From positions 893,323 to 957,322 of the forward strand of contig WELB01000005.1 of assembly GCA_009602725.1 (NCBI GenBank): a DNA stretch of 64,000 nt. Direction: 5' to 3'. How positions within the stretch are numbered: position 1 is the first letter of the stretch; each line of letters starts with the position of its first letter. The stretch comes from Spirogloea muscicola (taxonomy: Eukaryota). Both the position numbers and the translations under genes were made by a program. Shown one piece after another: positions 48,444 through 61,800 of this stretch. The notes below the pieces were generated by a model. The model made no database searches and was not told the DNA's origin. It worked only from the letters and a program-made list of their open reading frames with translations.

Positions 48444-51400
48444 GCCGCCACGGCGGGCGCGGGCGCGCGGCTGCCACGATCCAAGGTCGGGGCCCTGCCG
48501 TTGGCCCCGCCGCCCGCCGACCCGGACAGCGAGGCCGAGGACGACGCGGAGGCGCCGCCCGACAAGGCGGACGTCACGGCGCACCTGCCGGACGAATGCC
48601 TGGCCACCATCCTGCGCAAGCTGTCCGCAGCCGACCTCTCGCAGTGCTCCCTGGTCTGCAAGGCCTGGCGCGACGTCGACTCGCAGGCAAGTGGTGCAGG
48701 GCGGCAGGCAGCAGGGCTTTATTGGTCCTGCGCAGTCCGGCAGTCCAGCGCTGCTCTCTTGAACTTAGACGACTTGCCATGGGTTAGTCAATGTGTGTGG
48801 GGCTTACAGCAGGCCTCCTTTGCCTTTAGTTGCTGGTGCTGTGATGTGAAGCAGCGCACGGCTCGGTTGGTGAGCCATCAGGATGAGCAGATACTGAGAA
48901 GCTATCTGAGAGACTAGGGACCTGTGCTTCTGTCTAGATGTGGCTTTATTCATTACCAGCCCCAGGGACCTCAGACTGTCACCTCGTGCCTTGCTGCAGT
49001 CACGGAAGCGCGTGACATTCCTCGCCCAGGCGGAGCTGACGCCCATGCTGCCAGGCCTCCTTACCCGCTTTGAGTGGGTCACAAAGCTGGTCCTGAAGTG
49101 CGACAAAGGTGACCGCCTGCTTCGCCTGTGGTTGCTTCAATCTTCGGACTCGGCCTGGTCAACGCTTGACAGGCCTAGGAAGCCGGGGGAACTTGGGACC
49201 TTGGTTGAGCAGTCTGTGGTGATGGCTCAAGGAGATGCTTGCATTGACTTGGAGCCAAGTATGCCGGCGGCAGCATCTGCACCAGCATATAGCTGTTGAA
49301 AGATCGTCCGAGTGCCTGCCTAGGACAATGTTGCTGATGGTTGAGCTGACATTGATAACAGCCTTGCTCACCATTCATTGCTGTTATCCAGGTATTGAGA
49401 GCATTGGGAATGACGCACTTGTCACCATTGGCAAGCATCTCCCACAGCTCAAGCGGCTGAAGCTGAAAAACCTGAAGCAGGTGAGCCATTTCCTGGCTGC
49501 TTGCCAAGAGACTTGCAGCATTCAGTACTTCATTGTATGCCTGGCTCTGGCCGGGTGCTGACATCAGCATTTGCACTGTACAGTGCCCCTAGACTGTCAA
49601 AGACATCCATGACTGTGGTGTATTGGCCCTTATGGATTGTCATCACTTTCACCATCATTGCTTCATCTACCATGATCGGTGGTCACCACCATCGCCATCA
49701 TTGTCATGACAGGCAACCTGGGACTGGCTGTTTGACAAACAGCTAATAGCTGCTTGCCTGCCGTGCCCACATGGTTGCATTCTGCCTCTTCGTGTTTGTA
49801 GGTGACAGATGAGGGGATGATGGCTTTTGCTGGACTGTGCCCCCAGTTATTCAAGTTCTCATTTGGAGGCTGTGGCTTTGGGGGGACTGGCCTGAATGAA
49901 CTTCTTACCAAGTGCACAAGCCTGCATGACCTCACTATCAAGAGAAGTGTGAAGACCCTCCAGAATCGTGCATCGGAGCCGATTGGTCCAGGATGCGGCA
50001 ATCTCCGGCGCATCTGTCTGAAGGTGGACTGACCTATTCCGAGAGGATGTGACTGGCATGCATTTTTGTGTCATTATGCTCACGGTACAAGTGTTTGGCA
50101 GATTCTTTAGTCACTCAAATTGTCGACCATATATCTGCATTGACTGTGTGTGCTTGCTCTGCTCACTAAGGCTTCCCTTCTTCAGATACTTGACATGCTG
50201 CCTGCTCCTTACAGGAGCACAAAAATGCCCACCTATGGTATGCGCTGATAGCAGGGTCAGTGAAGCTCAATACCCTGGTCCTGGCACACAATACAGGGAA
50301 CTGGGACCGCGTGCTGCAGGGCGCGATGCCTCATCTTCCAGAACTTGTTCAGGTGTTTGTCAATCGATGACATAGATAGTATGCAATTGTCTTGCCCAAT
50401 GCTAACTCTCAAGCGATGTAGGGCTATTTCTTGGCGTGTTGCTCAATTCTCCACATCTCTGATAGCATGGATACAGACAACGATTTCTGAAGGGAGTGCC
50501 GCGTCTGTACCATGGCTTGATATTGTTACTAACACACTGGCCCTCTTTTCCCCAGCTTTATTTTGAGAAGGTCCAGATCACGAACATAGGCCTGCAAGCT
50601 GTTGCAAAGTGCCACAAGCTGGAAACTCTGGTGGTTGTCCACCCATCGGATTGCAGCGATGCGGGCGTGGTTGCACTTGCAAGCGGCTGCCCCATGCTGA
50701 AGAGATTGCATCTGGATGGCTGGCATCCTTCGTTGGTGAGTGCCGGCTTACTTGTTGTGCCTCTCTCAGTTTAGCTATGTTGCTGCGCTGCCTTCTCGAC
50801 CGTAAGCTTGATGGTTGATAGCTGCAACGGGCACGCCCAGTGAACTGGGTGTGCCATGACTCTACACTCTGCTTAGCACCTTCCGGTAAGCTTTGCTGCA
50901 GTTGGGCGATGTTGGATTGGGAGCAATTGCCATGGGATGCAAGCAACTCCAGGAGCTGGTCCTTGTGCGCCATTCCGCAACCTCCATTAGCCTCTCCATG
51001 CTGGCGGAGCACTGCCCGCAGCTTGAGAGGCTGACACTCTGTGCGAGCGAGACGGTGGGGGATGCGGAGGTGGCGTGCGTGGCGCATGGCTGCAAGGCCC
51101 TGAAGAAGCTCTGCTTGAAGGGCTGCCCGTCGTTGACGGACTTGGGCATCATCTCGTTGGTGAAGGGCTGCCCCTGCTTGCGGCGCCTCAAGGTACGCTT
51201 GCATCTTGCAGCATGATGTAAGGATTGGACTTCAACAGTTGCATAGGTTTTGGACGCATGTTTTCTTCTAAGATGACTGTGCACATCCTTGACAAGGCCT
51301 TGTGCCTGCGCAGATAGAGGCGCATCATGTGTGAGTAGTCTTGTTGGTGGATTGATCTGTTGATCTATTGTCTGCACAGATGCGCAAGTGCGCTGGGGTG

Positions 51401-51604
51401 ACAGCAAGCAGCATCGACTTCCTGAGGGAGAAGCGTAAGTCGTTGTCCATTGCGCTGGAGAAGCGAACAGCTATCATCAGCGACGACACAGACAGCGAGG
51501 CCAGGGAGGATGAGACCAGCCTCAGCATGCGGCCACGGAGAGGCTTCCGCAACCGCGTTGCAGCAGGAGCGACTGCGCTGCTTCGAACTCTGGGAGTGCA
51601 CTGA
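48444..51604 (+). CDS. F-box/LRR protein, VFB/SKIP2-like (5' end in gap)
   Basis: F-box HLPDECLATILRKL...CSLVCKAW; TRFEWVTKLVLKCDK, VTDEGMMAFAGLCPQLFKFSFGGCGFG, LRRICLKE, LERLTLCASETVGDAEVACVAHGCKALKKLCLKGCP; stop 51604. Frame runs open into the gap. Confidence 0.9.
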
Positions 51605-52961
51605 GAGTACTACCGTTCAGGGATGTGACCACCACACATTGGCTCTTCTCTTGGGGTGCAGGAACACAGCAGCCTCTGCAGGCAGCCAAGCAACTGTAGA
51701 CGCTTACTGTGCTGGCAATGTCAGAAGAGTTAGTAGGCGCTTTGAGAGGCTGGTGTTTCCCAGTAGTATCAATGTAGGTTCAGACGCCGTGGCAGTCTGT
51801 GGTGGTGCAGTCAGGCGGGGCAGGCTGAGCTGAGGGTGCAGAAACACTCTGACACCGTCTGCTCAGCGCCGCCGCCAGGTCGTTGCAGCTGCAGATGGCA
51901 GCTCACATCCATCTCCTCCTCGGTGGCCTTCTTCACGAAAGTGCCTTGAAGAGTGGGGTTGGATAGGAGCTGCCAGTGCCACGTTTCGGCTGCTCTGTAG
52001 ATCCTGTCGTTTGTAGGGCTTGTTCGCCTATTATCTCTTTCCTGTCTTCTGCTAATACTCAAAATTGTTCAGGACGCTGTTTACTCTGTCCAGTGGCTCA
52101 AAGAATGTGAGCTGTCTATATACTAGCAGTCGTTTTGAAGCCTTTGTCACCAGTGTTAGTAGCCTCAAGATGGCACTATTTACTTGCTAGTGAGAATTAC
52201 TTCTATGCAAATAGGAGGAGAAAGAGACTGGATAGCCTTCTACCTGCATTTTTGGAATCTACCGCATACGTCTGGATTTGTAAGCATGATTGCAGCACTA
52301 GCAATGGAGATGGGGGCAATCTTGTCAGGCAATGAGTGCTCCATGGTCAGGCTACTGGACCCCAGCTGTTGTCTCCTTATGATCTTAGTGGCATGCGGCC
52401 AAGTGGAGCTTTTTGAAGAGATCAGCTCTTGGCACAGATCAGCTTGTGGCTGCAACGTCGTGGTGGAAAGACGACTGGTTCGGTGTGTTATGATCCCTCT
52501 ACGCTTGCCGCATGGCAGCTGCTCGCAGTCCTGTGCTGCATTACCAGCTGGACGGGACCTTGTGAGATGGCGGCTCCAGCATTTGGGGTTCGTCCAGCAT
52601 CTCAATAGTTTGTTTCCATGATCAAGGCTAGTGAATGAGTGAAAGCAGAGTCTGTGTACGATTATTGTACTGGCCATTACGGCAGGTGCTCCTTCGTGAA
52701 GCATGCAGTCTTCTTCATCCCCTGTTGCTATTAGGGAACCTTCGGATGCATGGACGACTGTGGATCGATGACCAGGCTGTGGATATGTCAGGTTGCTGGG
52801 GAAACGTCGCACGGCAGAGGACCCGAAGGTACACGATGGAGCCCACCAGATGGCCGACTGGGCTGGCTGACAGCCCCGCCGGAGATGATGGCCTCCGGTG
52901 CAGAAAGCGGTGGTGGCCGTCACGGTGGTGGCAGCGGCGGTGGTGGTGGAGCCAGACGGCG

Positions 52962-55900
52962 ATGGCGGCGCCGCCCGCGCTGGCGCTGCTGGGCGCTGGC
53001 GTCTTCGCGCGCGACGCCTACGCCGGCATCCTCGCCGGCCTCGCCGGCGCCCTCGCCCTGCGCGCCGTCTGGAGCCGCTCCCGGGTGCGCTCTCGCGCCG
53101 CCCGCTCCGGCCCTCGTCGGTCTTGACGAGCCCCTTGACGTCGCCCCATTGCGACGCCATTGCCTTTAACGGCGGCCGTGCCGTCTGCTGCAGGAGGCGG
53201 CGGAAGCCCTGCTGCCCCTCGTCCAGCCCTTTGCGCCAAGCGCCGAGGCTCGGTGGGGCTCCGACGGCCTGCAGGCCATTCTGGACGACCCCCACGTTCA
53301 CTGCGTCGCCGTCGTCCTACCCATCCAGGTCCAGGTCAGTCCGGCTTTCGTGGTGGCCATGGCCGTCGCCGGGCCAGCTCCCTCCAGCCTCACCCAGTTG
53401 CGGAGGAGACCTTTGGAGGCAAAGGCGACAGACACTGGCCTTAGCACAAGAGCAAGGGAAGCAATGCTGGCACATTCATTTAGAAAAGTTGTGATTGTGG
53501 CCGCCGTTATCTGTGGCAGCTGGTGGGTAAGCCTGCTTCAAGTTATCGTACGCTGAGCTAATCTGACTCCCTTGCTGGAGGCTGGGACCCAGAGACTTGG
53601 CTTGCAGGACGATGCAGTCGAGTTTAACACTCACCTGTCGGTCGTTGTCTCAGTATTTTCCGCTCTGCAGAGTAAATTTTGTTGAACCCACTGTCGTCCT
53701 GTTGACAGGACAGCCTGAGGTGGTGATCAAGGCATTGCGAGCTGGCAAGCATGTACTCCAAGGTGAGGACAGAGGCGATCAAGTTGGCGTCTTGTACAGG
53801 CTGATCAGTGGCATTTGCAGTGCAATCGGCACACATTGCAGGGACAGATGATGATGCGCTAGTGTCAACCATGCATCTTCGTGTGCTCTATTTTCAGAGG
53901 GCTTGGATTCACTACAATCTAGCGAATGCAAGCTTCACTTGCACGTCACTGGACTCATTGTTGACTGACAACACGTTTTTGCTGTCTGCTTTGTTGGTGA
54001 TGTGTGAACTGCACTGGTTGCAGAGAAGCCAGTGGGAGCAAGTGAGTCACAGATACTCCTTGTGAGACCTACCTGCAAATGATTCTCAGCTTGTGGTCGT
54101 TGAGCCTTCACGTTGCAGTGCCAATCACTGAAGCCACTGTTTCGCGTATCTTATTTGCTTATCGGAGTTTTGCACTGTCCAGCTGTAGCAGCTGGTCTTG
54201 AGATATTGCAAGCCTATCGCAACATTGCTTCATCAGGAGGCCCATCTCCAATCTGGGCCGTCGCTGAAAACTTCCGTTTTGAAACTGGGCTCGCTGAGGT
54301 GAATAGCGTCCAGCTCAGTGAATCTGCTCTTTGTTATTGCTTAGACCAATGGAGCTGTCCAGGCTTTGCAGGCATTCCACATACTCTAGCTTACGCATTG
54401 AGCACTTTTTCTGCACTGATCAATGGAGGTAGTTGACCCTCTTGGTGCAGGCTGGGAGACTTGTTCGCACAATGGGGAGGCTGATGTTGGTGGAGGTCAA
54501 TGTAGAAGTTGCCATGAACCCAAGGAACAAGTACTTTGCCTGCGAATGGCGACGAGATCCTGGCTTCACGGTTTGCTATCTTGACACTAAATTGTTATCT
54601 GCCTTGTCTCTGCCGCCATTCTTCCTCCTGCATATTGTACAGCCCTTGAGTTTGCATGTATCTAAAGGCCCTGAGTAGCATATATTGTGGTTTGCGGCAA
54701 TGTCAGGGTGGTTTTATCACAGACTGTGGAGTACACTTTGTAGCCGCCACAAGGCTGGTAAGCATCATACCAGCAGCCTTGAAGCTGAGTAGTGTGGCTA
54801 CTATCTGCTTTTTTACCAGTGTAATAAGCAAGAAGATCACATGCACGGCATGGCTGCAACCCTACTTTGTGTGCTTTAGTGGTGGTTCAGCTTAAGCAGT
54901 ACTCTTTGCCCTCCTACATCCTGATTCGATCTAGATTTGGCCTGTCTAGCTGACAGGTTCTGAGATTTCCTCTGTTAGCGGCATTGCTACTCACTCAGAG
55001 CCAGCACTACCACCACCAGATAACTTGGTCACACTGTTGTGAGTGTGAATCCCTTGCAGCCGCTTCAAGTTGCTTCCGATCATGTCTGACACACAAACAT
55101 TGCGTATTGACGACCAGTGCCTCGCCCTTTTTACATTTGCAGGTCATTTGTCAATGGGGCCATTGGAGTCATGAGCATTTGTTACTCTGCACCAAGCAAT
55201 CGGGTATGCAATGCTGTGTCTTGAATTACTACAATTAATGTCGTGATGGACTATGGCTAAGCAACAGGTCAAATTGCAAACGTGCAGACGGCCAGCAGCA
55301 TGAGGGGGGGGGTGCTTGTAGGATCGGTTTTGCCATGGTAGGCTGAACAGGGTGTGTGTCATGCTTGATAATGGAGAGGAGCTTGCAAAGAGTCTATAAG
55401 TCTAGCTTGATACATGATGAAAGTGGGTCAAGAAGGTGCATCACTTTGGAGAAAATTTAAAATGCTCCGGATGTGTATTCTCAATGACAGCAAGGACTGC
55501 CGTACGTCTGCAGATGAGCTGGCGAGCGGTGTGCTCTGAGGGGACAATTGAGGTGTCGAGAAGCACACAGGCTGGCAACTTTGGATACCTGGTGATATTT
55601 GTGTTACCCTTTTCCAGAGATTATGAGGAGCATAGCATGTCTGACAGGAAATTGAAAGTACCTGGAGATCTGCATGCCAGCTCACAGTGTTAGCTCTGTT
55701 ACCTGGAGATCTTCACGACAGCTCGCAGCGTGAGCTCTAAGGAGGGCTTGTGAGTGGGTCTGCAGCATGATTGAAGTCTTGCAGATCCTTGTCAGGTGAC
55801 AGCATCACCAGCTGGAGAGAAGCCTGTGCTATCTTTCCATACGTTTTCGGGCATCGAAGAGGAACTCAAAGTTTTTGCCGAAGATGTTGCGAGTGCTGTC

Positions 55901-56246
55901 AAGGTATGACCCATTACCTTGGTTATGAAGTGGGCCAGAGTCTTGAGATAGCCTTGTGTCACGAGCCTCATCAACGTGTGGATATGGATGGTAGTTGATG
56001 TTCATGGAGGGCTTTCACCTGGCACTGCCACAATTGCAAGAGGCACAACATTCCAGGAGGTTCAGTTTTGTTGTGTGATCATTGAAATGCGCTTGATTGC
56101 GTTGCGTAACACAGGGTGTCGGAGCAGCCAATGTAGACAAGAGGAGCTCGCCAGAGGAAGCTCTTATCGACCTTGCCGTCATCGAGGCAGCGCTCCAGTC
56201 CGGAGTGCATGGAGGGGGGCCCAGAACTGTGCAGTTGTCCTTCTGA
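52962..56246 (+). CDS. Gfo/Idh/MocA-family NAD(P)-dependent oxidoreductase
   Basis: LALLGAGVFARDAY, VHCVAVVLPIQVQ, ALRAGKHVLQ|EKP, WAVAENFRFE, WRR...GGFITDCGVHFVA, SSPEEALIDLAVIEAALQS; stop 56244-56246. Confidence 0.9.
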
Positions 56247-57724
56247 TCGGGTGCTCAAGTAAGGCTATCTGCTGTGCAGTATCTGAAGCTGGCATCATGG
56301 CATTCTGAGATTGGTGACTGCCCAGTAAGTGCCATGCACCTGATGGCAGATTACATTGCAGAAACATGGTGCCAGTGAGATAGTCCGATATGGTGGTGTG
56401 TTGCGGCTGCCGTTGGGCTGGACGCATAGAACAGTCTCTTAAAGGGTTGGTGAGAAAAGCAAGACCAGGACATTTAGGTGGAGTTGGGTGCAAGTACCAA
56501 TAAGATTTTTCCACTTACGATTTTATCAACATTGTCTTATAAGCCGGAACCCAATGACCCCTGCTTTGTGACTGAAGGAATGACAAGACTGGCAACAAGT
56601 CTTCAAGCTCGAAGGAGCCGAGTTGGGCGCATGTTCTATCTGACAGCCTGAGTATAGGCGTGAAGGGGTAGAATGCAGAGACTGCCTCCCGAAGGAGGCA
56701 GTGATGTGCAGAGCCAGTGTTAAGGATGGTCAACAGTCTGGCAAGAGTCGCACTTGACTGAGGGCACAGCAACAAGAGGTAAACCTACTGCTGCGTTTTG
56801 ATTTTGTAGCCGCTAGTCAGCACGACCTAATCTGGATACACTATGGGGTGGTAAGAAGTGAAGAAAGTGCCTCGCTAAAATCCTGAAGCTGCTGCGAGGA
56901 CGTGCCTGGCACACAGATGCCAGGTAATGCCTGTAACGGATGCAGCACGTGCAAAGGCGGAAAGTCAAGCAAGCATGGCAAGACAGCTTGGGCTAAGATG
57001 CCGCTGCTTGCCGCTCTGTGCCTGTCGCCTTGCCTACTTGTGCCGTTCCAGCTGGAGCTGCAGGTCTGGCCAACTGGTAGGTATCATATAATGCACGAGG
57101 ACTCAAGTGGCCAGGGAGGGGGTTCCATCCTGCACAGAGAAGTGGCTGAATTCATCAAGGGGCAGATGCAAAAGCCAGCTGATTGCATACAGGGTTTGGG
57201 ATGAAAGTGCATGCATCTACACTACACGGAGCTGCAGGCTGGACCACACTGGGCCTTTCCGTGTCAGTAACAGGAATCCAGATGAGTGAAGGCAGGTATA
57301 ACTGCAGGGGGGGGGGTAGCGAGGTTGGCTGCCGTGGCCAGTGGGTGGGTGGTGGCGCAATTCCATATCTGCTGGGCTGACCTCCCGCTGCCACCGCCCC
57401 CTTTGCGAAAGGAGAGAGAGAAGGCACGCGGCGCATGAATAAAAGGGTGGCCAAATCTAGTAATACACTGTTCAGTGCAAAAAGTTGGACTACTTCTAGG
57501 GAAGCCCAATTTCAATGACTAAGGCAAGAAGGCTTTTTGTTGCTGTTTGCTTGGTTCTTAGGACTTCGCATAGGGGCTTCGCAGCTCCATCCTTGGCAGT
57601 ACTTTTCCTATTTCGTTCAAACAGCGCTTTGGCTCGGCTTGGCCTCCCTCCTTCCTTGGGCTGGCCTCTCACAGCTACGAAGGGGCCTGAAGATGCTATG
57701 TCAGAACGGGGGAGGATGGACCAC

Positions 57725-58470
57725 TCAGTAGTTACGAGTGAGGACCCTCAAATCCGACAGACTAGCTGCCAGGAAACTCTCCCCCTGGCGAAAGCCGGAG
57801 GCCGCAGAGAGAGCACGGCCAGCACGCAGATGCAAGGCGTGGGCCATCGACCGCTGAAGGGAGACGGACAATCGCATACGATATTCCTGAGCCCACGAGC
57901 CAGCGGCGTTAAAGCCAGCCGGCTCACCGCGCCTGCGGGACACAGCGCGCCCCGCAAGCCTGGCCAGCAGGTCGAGCCATTGGGACCCGAGAGCCCCGTG
58001 CACGTCCACGGCCAGGGGTACGAACTCATCTGCAGCCGGGTGGTCGGCGTGTTTGGCCGCCTTGCTGCGAGCGGCCTCCGCCGCAGCGTGGCCAGCCCGC
58101 GAGGCAGAGAGCCCCGGGTTGGAGCGGTCGACCACATCAGCGATAATGCGCGCGCCGCCGCCCGGCGTGGACGCCACCAGGTCGACGCGGCGCGTGTGGA
58201 GTCCGTCGGCCCTCTGGAGGATGGGCATGACCGACGCAATCTCCATGGCCACCGTGTATCCGGCCTCTGGAAGATGCCGAACATTGCATCTCGGAGGAGG
58301 TCGTGAGCAGCTGTCCGTTCGCCTCCAGTGGCGCAGCGGAGGATATGCGCCGCCGGGTCCGTCGACCGCACCCCACACTCAGAAGCACGCCCAGCAGACG
58401 GGGCGGGGGGAGACCCAACAGGCGATGGGTGGCCGCCCGGAAGAGTTCATCCGGCATCCCGAAGGCGTAA
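57725..58470 (-). mobile_element. 5'-truncated CRE-like non-LTR retrotransposon (CCHC knuckle + restriction-like endonuclease), frameshifted
   Basis: Across frames: MPDELFRAATHRLLGLP, ECG..DPAAHILRCATGGERTAAHDLLRDA, RRVDLV...IIADV...KAAKHADHPAADEFVPLAVDVHGALG, YRMRLSVSLQRSMAHALHLRAG...VLTRNY*. Confidence 0.88.
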
Positions 58471-58872
58471 TCATTTGGCCCCTTCGAACCTTTTGTCAAT
58501 TCTTTTTCGGGCTTTTCACAGCCCCTGCCCCCATTGGGAGTGCCACTTCTTCTTTCTCACAGCCACTCAGCAAGCGCACTCAGCAAGCACTCAGCAAGCA
58601 CAGCCACTGCTGTCAAGTTGGAAGAGCTGTTTCTCGACAGTGTTCCCGGCAGACTAACTGGTCCATCCTCCCCCGTTCTGCCATAGCCTCTTCAGGCCCC
58701 GCAGTCGCTGCTTAGCTCGTAGTTTGGCCCCTTCGAACCTTGTCAATTCTTTTCGGGCTGGCTTCTCACAGCCCTTGCCCCCATTGGCAGAGTGTGACAA
58801 CCTTCTAGATTGCCAGTATGTATGGGCATGGACCGTTGCATCGACCGCGAACCGTTGACTACTATTTATAGA

Positions 58873-61800
58873 TTAGCCCGATCCGGCTACATTGGAGCCA
58901 GAGGCAGCAGCGAGGGCTCTGCCGGCACGCAGGTGCAGCGCGCGGGCCATTGACCTCTGCAGCGAGACGGCCAAGCGCATCCGGTACACCTGCGCTAGCG
59001 ACCCGGCTGCAGGAAAGTCCACCGGCTCCTCATGGAAGCGGCGGACGATGGCGTGGCGGGCGAGCTGGTTGAGCAGCTCGAGCCACCGAGCGCCCAACAC
59101 CCCATGCGTGTCAATAGCCAGCGGGAGAAACTCGTCTTCCCGCGGATGATCAGCACATTTGAGCTCCTTAGCTCGAGAGGCGCAGGCGACCGCATACCCA
59201 GCCTTGATGGCACATTGCGCTGGGTGTGAGCGGTCGTATGCGTCTGTGGTCACCACGTCCAGGATAAGGCGTGGCCCGCCGGCTTGTGGGGTGGCCACAA
59301 GAACTACGCGACGTGCGTGAAGACCGTCGGCCCTTTGCTGGAGCGGCATGACGGCGGAGTCCTCCGCTGCCACCGAGAAGCCAGCCTCCACCAGGATGCC
59401 ATGCATCGCATCCCGGAGGCGGTGGGCGCGCGAGACTCCACTCGGCCTCTTCCCCTGGGGCCGCGGCTCCAGGCCTCCCCCTCAACGACGCCCTCACTCT
59501 CCCGGACGAGGTATTTCGCAGTGCCGTGCACCGGCTCCTGGGCCTGCCGCCGTCATGCCTCCAGGGTGTGCGTCAGTGCGAATGTGGCGAGCAAGGGGCC
59601 GAGCCTGGGGAGCTGGCCGCTCATGTTCTGCGCTGTTCCCACGGCGGAGAGCGGACAGCGGCCCACGGCGCAGGTCGGCCTCCGGGAGCTGCAGCAAGGT
59701 GGTGAAGGCGGCCTTGTCCATCGCGGCTGCGAAGCGCGCTTGCGCGCGCAGGTCGGCAGTGTGCGCGAGGTGCGCAAAGGAGACCGCCTGACCCGCCAGG
59801 TCCGGGTGCACCGCGAGCAGCTCCTGGTGGGCGGAGCGTAGCGACGCCTGGAAAGGCAGCACACCTGTATCTACCTCCACCACCGCCTGCTCCAGCGCAC
59901 GCCGGCCGTGGACCAAGAAGCGCTGGGCCACGGAGGCGGCTGTCTGCGCCCAGCTGCCGAGATACGCCGCCCGGCAGGAACGGACGAGCGGGCGCAAGCT
60001 GAGACCACCGTATCTGAGGGCTAGCGTTGCCTGATGAAGAGCGGCAGGCGACTGGGGGAAGCCCTGGTGGCGGACCAGGGCCGCCAGGCTCGTCACCATG
60101 CCTGCGTCGAAACCCGCGTACGTCGCCAGCGCCCCTAGGGGATGGCGGGGTGGCCCGCGTCAGATACTGGGGTCTCTGCGCAATGGCCTTGGTCAACATG
60201 GCCAGAGCAAGCTGCATATCCTGCAGCTCGGGAGCCGGGCAGCAGGCTGGAGAGGCTCCTCGAGGCGGGCTCGCAGCTGCCCTTTGACGAAGGACGGCGC
60301 ACCGATGGGGACCCCCAGGAGGGTGAAGCCGTCTGCAGGAGTCAGGCATCCGGGGGGCAGCGCCAGGGTGGATGGGAGGTCGCAGGGGGGCCGCGCACTT
60401 CGGCGCCCGGGTGGACAGGCCGAGAGTGGCCAGCTGCCGCTCGAAGGTGACGAAGGCCTCCGCCGCGTCTTCCGGAGGGCCGACCATGGTGGTGTCGTCA
60501 GCGAAGGGGGCCAGTAGGACCCCTGGATGTGCCGCCGCGGTAGCCTGCAGAGCCCGGTGGTGAGCGAGCGCAAAGAAGAAGCCGGCGAGGGGGTCCCCTT
60601 GCCGCGTGCCCGCTTGGGACTGCAGGACCTCCACTTGGTCACCCCCCGTCCTCCAGAGGAGGTTGCTGGGCTGACTGTATCCCAAACGGAAAAAGGGTAC
60701 CAGGGAGGGGAAGGCGGCCCGGAGCTCCTCCACAATGCAGGCGCGCTCCACGGTGTTGAACGCATTAATCACGTCAACTGCCAGTACCAGCCACCCCGGG
60801 TGTTGGTCCAAGGTTGCACGGACCCCATGGACCACGGCCTCGCCCCCACTCCGCAGCCCCGCGCCGTATTGATGTGGCGCCAGGTGCACCTGCGCTGGCC
60901 CCGCATGCTGCTGCCAGCGAATGCGGCTCACCAGGCGGTAGAGGACCTCCCCAATGGCAATGGGCCTGACTCCCCCGCTCGGCTTGTCGAGGGCGAGCAA
61001 CGTGCTGGTGCACAATACGCAGCCGATGCTGGCCGGCACATTGTCCCGGCCCAGATGCTGGCAGATCTGCAGCAGCGCGTTGAAGTCCGCAGCCTCTCCC
61101 TCGAGGAAGATCTCCCGCAGGTGCTCGGTAAGCATGCGGGAGGGGCCGCGGGCGGCTGCGCGACGGCTGGTCTGCAGAGCCTTTTTGAGGGCGTTGGCAT
61201 CCAAGACCATCTCCTCTGGCGGTGCGAAGGCGGCCAACCACGGTGGCAGGGGGGAGCTCGCCGGGGGGTGCAGGGAGTCCAGGGCCGCCCGAGTCGCCGC
61301 ATTGGTCGGCGCCAGCATCGCATCGTCGAGGGCCTGCACAGCCCTGGAAAGCCCACCCGCGTGGCCGAAGCGAAGTGCCCGGCGGACGCTGGCGGCCCTG
61401 TCGGGCGCTGCCCCTGTGCCACCACGGTTGGCCGCAGAGGCTGCCGCGGCGGCGTCATGACGCGCCAGAAGCTTCTCCCAGTGCCCGCTCTCGAACAACT
61501 GGACGCGCTCCAGCAGGAGCTGCTGGCCCTGCTTGCGGCTGTCGGGAGAGGCACGCCCGAGCAGCAGCCGGGGGAAGAGGAGGAATAATTCCACGCCGCC
61601 TCGTCCCGGTGGTCCGCAACGATCACTGCGTCACCGGGCGGAGCGCGCGGCAGAGTTGCGGGCGCACCCAGCGCGGAACGCGGCGGAGGAGCGGCAGGGC
61701 CGCCTGGCGGTGGACTGCGGCCAGGTCGAGGCCAGCCAGCCACTGCCAGTGATGGGGCGTGGGCGGGGACGGCGCGGGAGGCCTGCCTGATCTGCCCCGA

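Noticed and set aside
52240..53301. 353 aa minus-strand ORF
   Set aside because: Antisense to the GC-rich first exons of the oxidoreductase; low complexity.
55658..55740. ~41 bp tandem duplication (TACCTGGAGATCT...) in an oxidoreductase intron
   Set aside because: Short local duplication with no evident conserved structure.
60527..61588. 353 aa plus-strand ORF
   Set aside because: Antisense shadow of the GC-rich RT coding region.
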